DNA of 64,000 bases. Origin: Marsupella aquatica (Eukaryota; Plantae; Marchantiophyta). Positions 25,886-36,982 of the stretch are shown here, one piece after another (position 1 is the first letter of the stretch; every line of letters starts with the position of its first letter). The notes beneath the pieces were generated by a model, which had not been told where the DNA came from, made no database searches, and was given only the letters and a program-made list of their open reading frames with translations. The stretch lies in contig OZ316899.1 of assembly GCA_973895155.1 (NCBI GenBank), positions 15,031,974 through 15,095,973 on the forward strand, read 5' to 3'. The position numbers and the translations under genes were made by a program.

Positions 25886-28858
25886 CAATTAACTTCATCA
25901 TCGGAAGTGGGCCCAGCAGCAGACGAACCTCCTAATACTGAGGCTAATAGGGATTTACACCATGATATGGGAGTGTCAGCTACCCTTGAGCCATTTGCAC
26001 CAGAAGTATCCAAACTTGGACTTCAGCCGGCAAACCTCACGGATGGAATTGTGGATCCAAAAGCTTGTCAGAAAATTGAAATTGAGCCAGGCAAGTTTTT
26101 GAATATTGGTAAGCATATCGAAGGAGAGCTACGGGAACAGTATATCAGTTTATTAACCCAGTATAAAGATGTCTTTGCCTGGAGTCATTCTGATTTAAAA
26201 GGTATCCATCCACATTTGGGCGAACATCGTATTGACCTTATGGAAGGAGCAGTACCTGTCCGACAGAGACAGTACCGTTTGAATCCCAAATATTCCATCC
26301 TGGTTAAAGACGAGTTGGACAAGCTCACGACTGCTGGATTTATCTACCCGGTCTTGAGTAGTGAATGGGTCTCACCAATTGTCATTGTCCCCAAAAAGCC
26401 GGGACCCGATGGTAAAACGAAAATTCGCGTTTGTCAAGACTTCCGGAAGTTGAATGCTGCCACTCGGAAAGATCATTATCCTTTGCCATTTATTGATCTG
26501 GTACTTGATTCAGTGGCCTTGCATGAGTTATACAGTTTTTTAGATGGGTACTCTGGTTATAACCAGGTGTCCATTCGGAAGGAGGATCGCGACAAGACTA
26601 CGTTCACCACCGACTGGGGTACATATGCATTTACCATGATGCCTTTTGGGCTGTGTAATGCCCCGGGTACTTTTCAGCGCATTATGATGATTATTTTTCA
26701 AGAATATTTGCGGCATTTCATGGAGATTTTTATTGACGACTTTTGTGTTTACGGCTCAGCGGCTGAACACCTCGTCCATTTGGAGAAGACATTTCAGAAG
26801 TGTAGAGAGGCTCAGTTGTGTCTTCATCCAGAAAAGTGCTTTATTGGTATGAAGGAGGGAATTTTGTTAGGCCATGTTATTTCACAACGCGGCATTGAGG
26901 TTGATACAGAGAAGGTTAGAGTAATTATGGAGTTGCAACCACCGACCGATTTAAAGCAGCTTCGTGCTTTTCTGGGACATGTGGGGTATTATCGTCGGTT
27001 CATTTATAAACATGCTAATATTGCCTTACCCTTAACCCAACTGTTAAAAAGTGATGTGGAATATACATGGAATGAGGAGCGGCAGCAAGCATTCCAGTTG
27101 CTCAAGGATCGGTTAATCTCTGCACCTATTTTGTCACCCCCAGATTGGACTAAGAAGTTTCATGTCTTCATTGACTCTTCTGCGTTCTGCATTGGAGCTA
27201 ATCTCAGTCAGAAGGATGTGGAAAACCGTGACCATCCAATTTACTATGCCAGCCGCCAAATGAGTGCAGCCGAGAAAAACTACTCTGTCACTGAACGGGA
27301 AGCTTTGGCCATCGTCTTTGCGTGTAAGAAATTTCGTCACTATTTGTTGGGGTATCAGGTTACTTTTCACACTGATCATAATTCCTTAAAATATTTGGTT
27401 AACCAAGTGGATCTCTCAGGACGAGTAGCCCGCTGGGTTTTACTACTCCAAGAATTTGATTATGAAGTTCATGTCCGACCTGGCAAACATCATGAGAATG
27501 CAGACTTCCTATCTCGGTTACCTGGTCCGGAGAATCAGCATAATCTCTCCGATGAATTTCCTGACGAGCATTTGTGGCACATTGAAGGGGAGTCTTCTCG
27601 ATATTTTAATATTGTGCACATGCTGCTTCATGGAACGTTCCCTGAAGGCTTTAATGCGGAAGAACGAGCTGTCTTTGCTCATAAGGTGGGTCCCTATACC
27701 ATTATTCGGGGCACTTTGTTTAAACAAGGTCCTGATCAACAATTGCGACGTTGTCTAGAGGATAGGGAACTTCCCCAAGTAATTGAAGCTTTACATTCAG
27801 GAGAAACCGGTGGGCATTATGCTGTGAATACCACAGTTAAGAAAATTTTGGATGCTGGATACTGGTGGCCTACTATGCATCGAGATACTTACAATTTTAT
27901 TAAGACCTGTGATCCCTGTCAAAGGATCGGGAAGCCCACTGCTAGTTCCAAATGGCCTCTTACGCCTATCCTTCCGTTGGCACCATTTGAGAAATGGGGG
28001 ATTGATTTTATTGGCCCAATTTCTCCAGCAGCTCGGAAAAGCCAAAGCAAATATATTATTCTGGCCACTGATTATGCCACCAAATGGGTAGAGGCGAAAG
28101 CTACTCGCAAGAATGATGCTATAACCGCAGCTGCATTTCTCTTTGAGCACATTATCACCCGGTTTGGTTGTCCTTTGGAGTTGGTAAGCGATAGGGGTTT
28201 GCATTTTCTTAACTCAACTATTGAGTTAATCACTGACCTTTATCTTATCAAGCATCGCAAAACTACTCCTTATAACCCCCGAGCTAATGGCTTAACCGAG
28301 AGAGCTAATGGCATTATGGGCAAGATTCTGAATAAAATGGTAGAATCTCACAAGACAGATTGGGATGTGAAGCTCCATTCTGCATTATGGGCTTACCGCA
28401 CCGCTGAGAAGATTACAACTCTTCACACCCCCTTCTATCTGACCTATGGCCTGAATAGTATTATTCCAATAGAATTTTCGTTACCAACGGAACGTATCTT
28501 GGTACCACACCGACTCTCTCCTTCAGATAGTCTCTCACATCGGTTTTCCAATATTGTTAAATTAGAAGAAGTTAGACTTTTAGCATTAGACCATACAGTC
28601 ACCATTCAGAACCAGCGTAAACTTGCTTATGATAAGAAGCTGCGCGTAGTGCAGTTAGATGTTGGTGATTTAGCATTAGTCTTTGATTCTCGTTATATGC
28701 TATTTCCTGGGAAACTTCATACTCATTGGATTGGTCCTTACCGAGTTACACACATTTGGGATAATGGTTCAGTTTCATTGACTACCTTAGATGGTCACCC
28801 ACTTAACACTAGAATCAATGGGTTTAGGATTAAACGGTACTATGAGTCTTCCATTTAG
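25886..28858 (+). CDS. pol: Gypsy Pol: reverse transcriptase, RNase H and integrase (same frame as gag, separated by a single TGA)
   Basis: DFRKLN, LDGYSGYNQ, MPFGLCNAP and FIDDF (RT); YYASR, EREALA and TDH (RNase H); HHCC, DDE and GPY (integrase). No chromodomain. Confidence 0.95.
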   Translation, partial: QLTSSSEVGPAADEPPNTEANRDLHHDMGVSATLEPFAPEVSKLGLQPANLTDGIVDPKACQKIEIEPGKFLNIGKHIEGELREQYISLLTQYKDVFAWSHSDLKGIHPHLGEHRIDLMEGAVPVRQRQYRLNPKYSILVKDELDKLTTAGFIYPVLSSEWVSPIVIVPKKPGPDGKTKIRVCQDFRKLNAATRKDHYPLPFIDLVLDSVALHELYSFLDGYSGYNQVSIRKEDRDKTTFTTDWGTYAFTMMPFGLCNAPGTFQRIMMIIFQEYLRHFMEIFIDDFCVYGSAAEHLVHLEKTFQKCREAQLCLHPEKCFIGMKEGILLGHVISQRGIEVDTEKVRVIMELQPPTDLKQLRAFLGHVGYYRRFIYKHANIALPLTQLLKSDVEYTWNEERQQAFQLLKDRLISAPILSPPDWTKKFHVFIDSSAFCIGANLSQKDVENRDHPIYYASRQMSAAEKNYSVTEREALAIVFACKKFRHYLLGYQVTFHTDHNSLKYLVNQVDLSGRVARWVLLLQEFDYEVHVRPGKHHENADFLSRLPGPENQHNLSDEFPDEHLWHIEGESSRYFNIVHMLLHGTFPEGFNAEERAVFAHKVGPYTIIRGTLFKQGPDQQLRRCLEDRELPQVIEALHSGETGGHYAVNTTVKKILDAGYWWPTMHRDTYNFIKTCDPCQRIGKPTASSKWPLTPILPLAPFEKWGIDFIGPISPAARKSQSKYIILATDYATKWVEAKATRKNDAITAAAFLFEHIITRFGCPLELVSDRGLHFLNSTIELITDLYLIKHRKTTPYNPRANGLTERANGIMGKILNKMVESHKTDWDVKLHSALWAYRTAEKITTLHTPFYLTYGLNSIIPIEFSLPTERILVPHRLSPSDSLSHRFSNIVKLEEVRLLALDHTVTIQNQRKLAYDKKLRVVQLDVGDLALVFDSRYMLFPGKLHTHWIGPYRVTHIWDNGSVSLTTLDGHPLNTRINGFRIKRYYESSI

Positions 28859-29298
28859 AATTCCACCTGGGACAGGTTGCAATTTAAGTGGAGGGCGGTA
28901 GTTATACTTAGTTAGAATTAGTGACCCTCCCTAGTAAGTATTCGGCATATTTTTTTAATTTTTTTTAGTTACTTTCAGTTTTTACATTGGACGCTGTGAA
29001 AAGCGTCCATTGTAACTCGACGCTGGGGAAGCGTCCACTTAGTTTACAAAGGACGTTGTGCAGAGGTCCGCTTTTGTATTAGTTCAGTTGCATGAGACGC
29101 TGTGAGCCGATGACTAGGCATCTTGTACAATGGCGGATTGCGACAGCTCAACGGGACGCTGAGGAGTAAGCAGTCGCGCTTCGCCCTAGTTCACTATGGA
29201 ACACGATTCTCACTGAGCTTACGGAGCTAACAAGTCACGCGATGGCGGAGACTGAGCTGACGACGTGACCAATACTCGCAGACATTCCATCGAATGCA

Positions 29299-32200
29299 GT
29301 GCATAGGCGGCAGTTGAAGACGGCTCTGGCAAAAATGGGCTTGAAGAAGCTGCTTCAACTTCCTTGGAAGATTTGCGAATTCAGCCTTATCGATCAAGGT
29401 GTCTGGGACGCTGAAGAAAGGATTGGTGTGCGCTCGCGTCCCAGTGTTTGGACTGAAGCGCTCATAGCGAAGGTCTATTCGACGCCGATGGAGGGCGAGG
29501 ATTTACAGAGGGTTGATTGTGAGCCTCGGGTTTATGTAGAATCCTTCTTCGCTCCAGGATCTTTCAAGAGGCGGAATGGATGGCTAGCGGCGGACTGCTT
29601 AGATAATTCTCTGCAGCGTCTATTTCGATTTCTGGCACCAATTTTCTACCCAGAAAGCCAGACGCGCATCACTCTTTCGTTCGCTGCAACGGTGATCTGT
29701 TCATTAGAACAGACGCAGTCTATCAATTGGACGAAGGTTTTGCACCGAGTAATTCATACTCAGGTCAAAAATTTTCGTAGCAGGCTGAAAACGGGGAAAA
29801 TAAGGTGTACCTACTTGGCCCCTTATTTAGCTCACATTTACCATAAGTATGACTGTCTGCTTGTCTTGGAAAAAGATTTTTATCGCAACAATCAGAGAGC
29901 ATCTACCGGTGAAGCAAATTATATGCCTGAAGTACGAGAAGTCCGAGCCAATTCCACAGTGGTAGAGCTATGTGCAATACTCGACTGTGAGGAACCTGAA
30001 CTGGTGGGTGAAGTTCGGAAATTGAAAGAGACAAGAGCATCAGCTGAAGGGAGTGACGATCCGATTCTTCACCAACCAAGAGAGGCTCAAGTTGCCGAAG
30101 ATGTTCCTTCAGCAATGCCAACAGGGTTGGAGCATTCTATGTCACCTCGACTCTCGTGTTCACCTTGTGCTGCCGAGCCTATTTATGATGTTGATCAGGA
30201 TAATTCTGCTTCTCGGATGAATGTTGAAGATGAGGTGAGGGTGGATGAAGAAGGTTTTTCAGGGGAACCTCTTCAACATTCTACTGCTGAGGACGAGTAT
30301 GATGGATTTACTTCTACCCCTGTTTTGGTTCCCATAGAGGCAAATAGTGATGCTTTGCAGGCTTTACAGGAGTATGATTCGTCCGACTCTCTTAGTTCTA
30401 GCCCAAATATAGGTGAAATCCCTCTGGTCCAGGAGTCAGAAATATTAAGCTCAGAAATTGTGAAGCTGGTTAAAGTTGATTCGGAGGATGCAATTGTGGA
30501 TATAGACGAAGTAGGTGAACCAGTGACTTCTCCCCAATCTGTCGCAAGATACCCTGCCTGGTCTACACCTGGTTCACTCATATCGATTCCTTTGGATATA
30601 ACTAAGGAATTAGATGAGGCAATAGCCGCGATAGGAGCTCCTTCATTTCCGCCTGTAAAATGGGTTTCTCCTGAAGATGAGTTGATTGAAGGAGGCTCTG
30701 CTGGTTTTCCGAGTCGCAATCAGGTATCTGGTAATATGGGTATATCTGTACCCATATTGGTACCCGAGACACCCGCTTCGACAACCAGCTCAGCACCAGT
30801 TTCATTGGCTACAAACGAGGATAAAAACATTCGGGAGGAGTTTTCAGTGACGTATACTCGAAAATCTTGGAAACGGTTGCGCCATGCTATCAGTCGACAG
30901 ATCTTTCCTGAAGCATCTTCCCAGGATTTTGAACAGGGAGAAGCACCTATCGGAACAGACGAGCTACCCCTTCCTGTACTTTTGACAGATCGAACTAACC
31001 AGGAAGTCTCTTTACCTAGCGATAATTTTAAAGAAGAACTTCCTGTTTTAGTACCAATGCATTCCATTGCAGATCAACCAGCTACGGTTGCAAGAGAAGA
31101 ATTTGAACCACTGGAGCCCGAACCTTCTGCTCCTTCGTCTCCTGTTACATTGCCAATTCGACCAGTTAAGGAGTCAGTGATTCCTTCCGCTATGCCAGAT
31201 GTAATTTTCCGTTGGATAGGAGCACCAAGTGATGGAGAAGAAGACGAAGACCCTCGCATTATCAGAGTACCTCCTCGACTTCGGCATACAGTGGATTTGC
31301 CACCCCGAAATCCTATCCCTAATTTGGCTTCAATTCACAGGTGGGAGAAGAAACATTTTCGAGTAGCTTTTCGACATCTGGAGATGGAGAGCATTTTGCA
31401 GCAGCAGCAGATTTTGCCAATGACATCCCATCCGAGGATTCGTAGTTTGATTCGCACATATGAACCTGGGAAGGCGGTTCCTCCCATTGATAAGGACAGA
31501 CGACATAAGTTTTCGGAGTTCGAAATTTGGTGTTGGGTGTATATGCTTCGACGAGCTCAAGCTCCATTTCCGCCCCTTGTGCCGGAAATTCCATGGCCCT
31601 ATCCATACTTTGTTTGGGTTTGTCCTGGTGGGTTTGCTATTCCAATTAAATATGAGAAGAAGCTTGTTAAGCTAAGGGAGCAGTTGATTACAAAACAATG
31701 TATGCTACCGGCTTCCCAAGGGTTCAAGTCGCTTAGGTGTTTAGCGTTCCTACCTATTATTCCTTCTTATCCGGATGTGATTATTCAAGGTGTTTTATCT
31801 AGGACACAGATTTGAAGGACACCATTTATGAGAGATATCAAACGGTGTTGTCATTTATATGTATATAAGCCGTTACTTTTGCAGCATCCTGCAATTGTTT
31901 CCTTCTTTCTCCTTCGAATTGATATTTATCTGCTCATGTGGGACATCAAAGCTACTATGGATTGTTGGAATTCTTTACCCCGTGCTTTCCAACATTCCTT
32001 TGAAGGCAAGATCAAACTGGGAGGACATGCTATTCAACACTTTGTTATTGATCCAGGCTCTCGAATTAATTTCCTCTCCCACAGACTGTGCCAGTAATTT
32101 GTTCATCAAGAAGTACAACCGATATCTGCTCAGATATCAATCGATGGACGAATCATTAATCTTTGGGGAAGAGTTAAAGGAGTCCCAATACAGATCGGAG

Positions 32201-32304
32201 AAGAATTCCATGACCTCGATTTTTATATTCTGGATTCGGATATCTCCCAACTCCCGTCAATGATTTTGAGCACTACTTGGATTATTAAGCCAGAATATTA
32301 TTAA
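29299..32304 (+). CDS. Extra 3' ORF (ORF3): accessory domain plus acidic low-complexity region; continues in frame past stops at 31813 and 32095 into a retropepsin-like domain
   Basis: 838-aa ORF between pol and the 3' LTR. The N-terminal domain is homologous to 14110 (+), 7418 (-), 37342 (+) and 55805 (+). The in-frame tail reads FVIDPGSRINFLS...LDFYILD...MILSTTW. Confidence 0.8.
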
Positions 32305-32381
32305 TGAAGAACATGTCACTCGCTTCTGATTCAATTCGGTCATGTCTTGTGGGGACACGGCGAAATTTAAGTGGAGGGCTA

Positions 32382-33771
32382 TGTGGTATGGGTGTCCCTG
32401 CAATTTTTTCTGGAAACTTGTTTATTTTTAGCATATCACAAGATTTACTTACACTTTAGACACCTTCCGGCCAACATTTACTTGTTCTGGACACTTATAG
32501 AAATATTTGACATCTCCGGCTTTCCTGACGATTCCTAGTGTACTTTGCCCGACGCTGTGACCAGCGCCCGTTTCTTTTACTCAAGACGCTGCGGAAGCGT
32601 CCAACCTCCTCATGACGCTTTTGGCAGTGCCCGACCGCCACCAAGACTCTATGAGGATTTCGACCGACGCTGTGGAAAGCGTCAGCTTCAACACACGACG
32701 CTGTGAGCAGCGTCCACCCTAGTATTGACGCTGTGAGCAGTGTGAGCAGCGTCCGTTGGTTTTACTTAAGACGCTTCTAGCAGCGTCCAGATTCTCCCGA
32801 CGCTTCTAGCAGCGTCCGCTCAACACTTAGTTTTTGAAGTAGATTACTAGTAAAGTAGTATTCTACCACCCTTGTTGAAGTACTTATGCTGTGCTTCTCC
32901 CTTGTTTAGTTTTAAGCTTGGAAAGGCACGACTGTTCTTACCTCCTCCATTTTAGGATTCCAGCACTTATAAGACAGAGTAGAATGCTCATTTGAAGTAG
33001 AGAGAAATAGAGTTAATACTGTATTCAGAATTGAGTCTTCTGAATAGTTTTCTCCTCCTTCCATTATAACAAGGCATGCTGTGAGTGTTTTGTATGGAAG
33101 TAAAGCTATATTGATTGAAGTTAAGATTGAATTTAAGAGATTCCTGTGGTGATTGAATTCAGTTGCAGATTTCTGAAACTCGTATTGAATTCACTGCTAG
33201 GCTTGCTTGCAGAGTCGGGATTCGCTAGCCAATTCAAGAATAGTTAATGATAAATGAGAAGTAAATTCTGATTCTCAGAGTAGTTAGTACTGTTGCTTTG
33301 ATTCTGGAATATGGTTTAGAGTTTGACTGAATTGCGTATCGCTGATGTCAAACCATGTTGACGGCATTTTAAATCATATCATTCATTTGCAATCAGAAAG
33401 CTTCTGCTTCATCAGATTGAGAATTCCATTATCATTAACCTTTGTGTTTTGAAGAGTGAGATGGATGAATTATGAGATAGATTTCATGTCTATACTGAGC
33501 CCAAATCCTTTCTGAAGGAGTGGCAGTAGCAGTTTGTAGTCTCTAAATCCTTACTCATTTCTTCTCTAATTCATAAATCAGAAGTTCAGTTACTTTGTTG
33601 TTTGTTTATTCGATTTTTTTATTGAGAAGTGAAGTCAACATAGAGCTCAAGACTCTAAATCACTCGGAGTGATAAAAGTTATACAATTCATTCTGAAATC
33701 TGTTCTTAAAGGGATCGAAACCCTGGTTTTAGGTGAGGAGAGTCACTTTTGATACTTAGCACTATACGACA
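32382..33771 (+). repeat. Gypsy 3' LTR
   Basis: Preceded by PPT AATTTAAGTGGAGGGC (32364-32379) and followed by TSD CAGAG. Confidence 0.97.
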
Positions 33772-33776
33772 CAGAG

Positions 33777-35634
33777 CCGGGAAGACTGGCCACAGTGGCA
33801 AGAAGCCATAAATTCGGAGTTAGACTCACTGATAAAATGACAAGTTTTTGGCCCCATCATAAAGGTACCACCACAAACGAATTTAACTGGCTACAAATTT
33901 ACTTTCGTACGAAAAAGAAATGCGAAAGGCGAGATTATCCAATATAAAGCTCGACTGGTGGCGAAAGGCTATACTCAGATTTACGGGAGAGACTATGATC
34001 TTACATACTCACTCGTTATGGACTCCATTACATACCGCTACATGATTGCATTCGCTATGCACAATAAACTGATCATGCACTTAATGGACGTTGTCACGAC
34101 ATATTTATATGGCATTATGGATACAGAAATTTATATGCAGGCACCCCCTAAATTACTTACCAAAGTACAGTTCTACATTCAGGGGGAGAAAAGTCCTAGC
34201 TTACATCCAGATCTGACATCAGGCCTTAAACAGATCACTGATCAACCAAAGAAAGGACCTATAGTCCAGACTCCCCATGGGATACACATTCAATCTAACC
34301 AGCCTACAGCTGAGTTTGAAGCAAGTGAAACTCCTACAGAGATCTTGCAAAACTACCACAGAAGCCAAGGAGCTTCAATCCAAAAAGATAGTGGACTACA
34401 TCCACACCAAACCGCAAAACGGCCCAGAAAGAAGCAGAAATCTCAGCCACCATTCGCAATACAAGTCATGAGATCAATAAACGGCCTGAAACAAAGCGGT
34501 CGGATCTGGTATAAACGTTTTCGTGATGAAATGTTGAATTTAAACTTTACAAATGCTGAAATAGCACCTTGTCTATTCTTCAAGCAAACAGGCATAGAGT
34601 ATGTAATACTTGCTCTGTACGTCGATGATATTAACATCTTTGGCACTAAGCAGCTAACAGCAAAGACCATTGCAACACTGAAAAGTGTCTTTGAAATGAA
34701 AGATATTGGAACTCCAAGCTATTGCTTAGGCATCCAATTCAATCACCTCGAAGATGGCATCCTTATTAATCAATCGACTTACACTAAGAAACTCCTCAAG
34801 CAGTTCAATATGCAGCACTCATACCCGGTAACCACTCCAATGGATCTACGCTCACTAGACCCTGCAAAAGACATGTTTAAGAAGCGCCAAGAACATGAAC
34901 AGGTGCTGGGGCCTGAAAAGCCCTATCTCTCAGCGATTGGAGCCCTCCTTTACCTAGCAAATCAGACAAGACCCGACATCAGCTTCGCTGTCAGCCTACT
35001 GGCCAGACACGGATCACAGCCAACGATCAGACATTGGAATGGAATAAAGAGGGTCCTTCGCTACTTACAAGGGACAGTGGACATGGGATTATACTTCCCC
35101 AAGAATTCAACCCCGATTTTGACAGGATTCGCAGATGTAGGGTATTTGTCGGACCCAGATGATGCGAAGTGCCAAACGGGCTATGTTTTCCTGCAGGGCA
35201 CAACAGCAATTTCGTGGAAAAGCACGAAGCAGTCTTTGACAGCCACATCCTCCAACCATGCAGAAATTATAGCATTGTACGAAGCAACAAGAGAATGTGT
35301 GTGGCTTAGACACTTAATTAACCATATTAATCACAACACTGGCAAACCACTGCTAACAGAACCTACCATCCTTTATGAAGACAATCGCCCCTGCGTGGAC
35401 CAGATCGCCAAAGGATTTATCAAAGGTGACATAATCAAACACATTGCCCCGAAATTATTTTATGCACATGAACAACACGGAGAGAAGATTCAAGTTAAGT
35501 GGATACCAACAAAAGATAATAGAGCTGACCTCTTTACGAAGCCCCTGCCTCCCGTCCTCCACAAGGCACATACATTTGGCATCGGCATGAGACAGCTCAC
35601 AGACTTGTTACGTCCAGAAACAGAAAGGAATTAA
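33777..35634 (+). pseudogene. pol: Copia reverse transcriptase and RNase H (continuation after the Gypsy insert)
   Basis: YKARLVAKGYTQ, MDVVTTYLYG, GLKQSGR, LYVDDI, TRPDISFAV, GFAD, HAEIIA, YEDN, KHI and ADLFTKPL. In-frame TGA at 33838. Confidence 0.93.
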
Positions 35635-36212
35635 GATGACAGCCGAGATTACTTACCTGTACTCGAAAGAATGCAACTCGACAAATGATCGCTACAACGA
35701 CCTCTTTCAATAGCGCTCCTTGATGACCAGCGCGGGGACCAGCGTCTACCACTCGCGCACCTCGTAGCAGCCAACAACACTCCAAGAAACTACATTCCAC
35801 CTCCAAGGCGCTTTGTTCCCCTTCGACAAACCCGTCACCAGACCTAACAACGTCATCGACTAAACGTCGACTCTACCACTACCTAGCCGAAGACTTACTC
35901 CCCGCAGACTTTGCCCTTACACGCTCATTCTCCTTTTCGATAGTTACTCGAACAATTTCTCATATATTATGTTAAGACACTTACCTTAACTTAGATTAAA
36001 CTTATAAACAGTCTTAGATCAATTAGACTTTCATTACTTTTAATCATTTCCTCAAGGGTCCCACATTATGTAATGGTTGTGGCACTCTTTCCCTTATAGT
36101 TAGAAGAAGGGTTTTGATGAGACCAAACCAAATTGATGGGCACCACTACGGGTTAAGCTTTCCCCTACTATGGTTGATTTTTTGACTATCCCCAAATTCA
36201 ACCAAGGGGGAG

Positions 36213-36371
36213 TGTTATGAGTTAAACCTAACCCGTTAACCCTAGGTAATAGAGGTTAAGGAGTAGTTACATAACTACCTCCATATAACCCCACATATGT
36301 ACCAAACATTAACATTAATATAGATGTTGGAGATTGGAGTACATTCTGGCTATGGTGTCCTCATTCTAAAA
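36213..36371 (+). repeat. Copia 3' LTR
   Basis: Copy of 16587-16745 with terminal CA mutated to AA. Followed by TSD GTTTT. Confidence 0.93.
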
Positions 36372-36982
36372 GTTTTCTTATATTTTTAGAATTGATTATT
36401 GCAATGTTGATGATGCAAACATCACAATACCTGAGGATGTATTAAAAACTCCTTCCACCTGACCTAAGCATGTCAGTAAAGGCTTAAAATCTGAGATAGG
36501 TTAGTTTAACTATCTCAAAGTATATTAATACAATCTTTTAGGTCTCACAAGCTCTTAACGGGAACGAATTCTGGTTGTTTAAGAGGAAAGTAGTTCATAT
36601 TTCCTTAAACCCTACTCTACAATCCTAATCCATGCTTGATCACAAGGACCCCTAAGTGGCGGCTTCGGAGTAAGGTGACCAATACTCTGCCATTTTGCAT
36701 TCTCGTGTACACGGTTTCGGCATTCTCAGGGGTCTCACTATATGGATGTCTCCCCATCCCCTGCGACGGTTTTAGGCCTCAGACCCCCTAAAATGTAAGA
36801 AAAAAATTATTTTTCAACCCCTATAAAGTTGGAATATTCTTGGAATATTCTAAAATTTTGGTTAAAAAGACCCTAGTGTTCTTATAAGTCTCAAAATTGA
36901 ATTTAAAGGACCCTATTGTTCTTCTACAAAAATTCTTAAGTCTTCCCTTCAAACCAATAAATTGACCCTATACTTCGTCGCA

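Larger units (their letters stand above)
20224..33771 (+). mobile_element. Full-length, very young Ty3/Gypsy LTR retrotransposon (non-chromovirus, Athila-like PBS and PPT)
   Basis: 1390-bp LTRs at 20224-21613 and 32382-33771, with no difference seen in the stretches compared by eye. TSD CAGAG. PBS and PPT present. Open gag-PR and RT-RH-INT frames plus an extra 3' ORF. Confidence 0.97.
16587..36371 (+). mobile_element. Ty1/Copia LTR retrotransposon, Bianca-like lineage, interrupted by a Gypsy element
   Basis: 159-bp LTRs at 16587-16745 and 36213-36371. TSD GTTTT on both sides. PBS-like CGTTATCA. PPT AAGGGGGAG at 36204-36212. Bianca-type Gag start (F..L...GSN.LSW.LD.E.HL) and integrase motifs QNGMAES.IKR.QLIARPLL and RTKMGPQR. 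Confidence 0.93.
12936..36644 (+). mobile_element. Solo-LTR-like unit C (~3.9 kb once the nested Copia is removed) containing an accessory ORF
   Basis: TGTGATC...GATCACA terminal inverted repeat. Flanks are AGGGA and AGGA(C), an imperfect TSD. TATA-like CCCTATAAAA at 15811-15820 lies after the ORF. The 3' end (GGGAACGAA...ACTCTAC) resembles the Gypsy LTR end (GGGATCGAA...ACTATAC). Confidence 0.65.

Noticed and set aside
29299-31815. ORF3 as a true envelope (env) gene
   Set aside because: No signal peptide or convincing transmembrane segment is visible, and the soluble accessory domain is shared with coiled-coil ORFs elsewhere.
36700-36980. AT-rich stretch with ACCCT repeats as a Mutator-like TIR
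   Set aside because: No partner TIR or TSD was found, so it cannot be classified.
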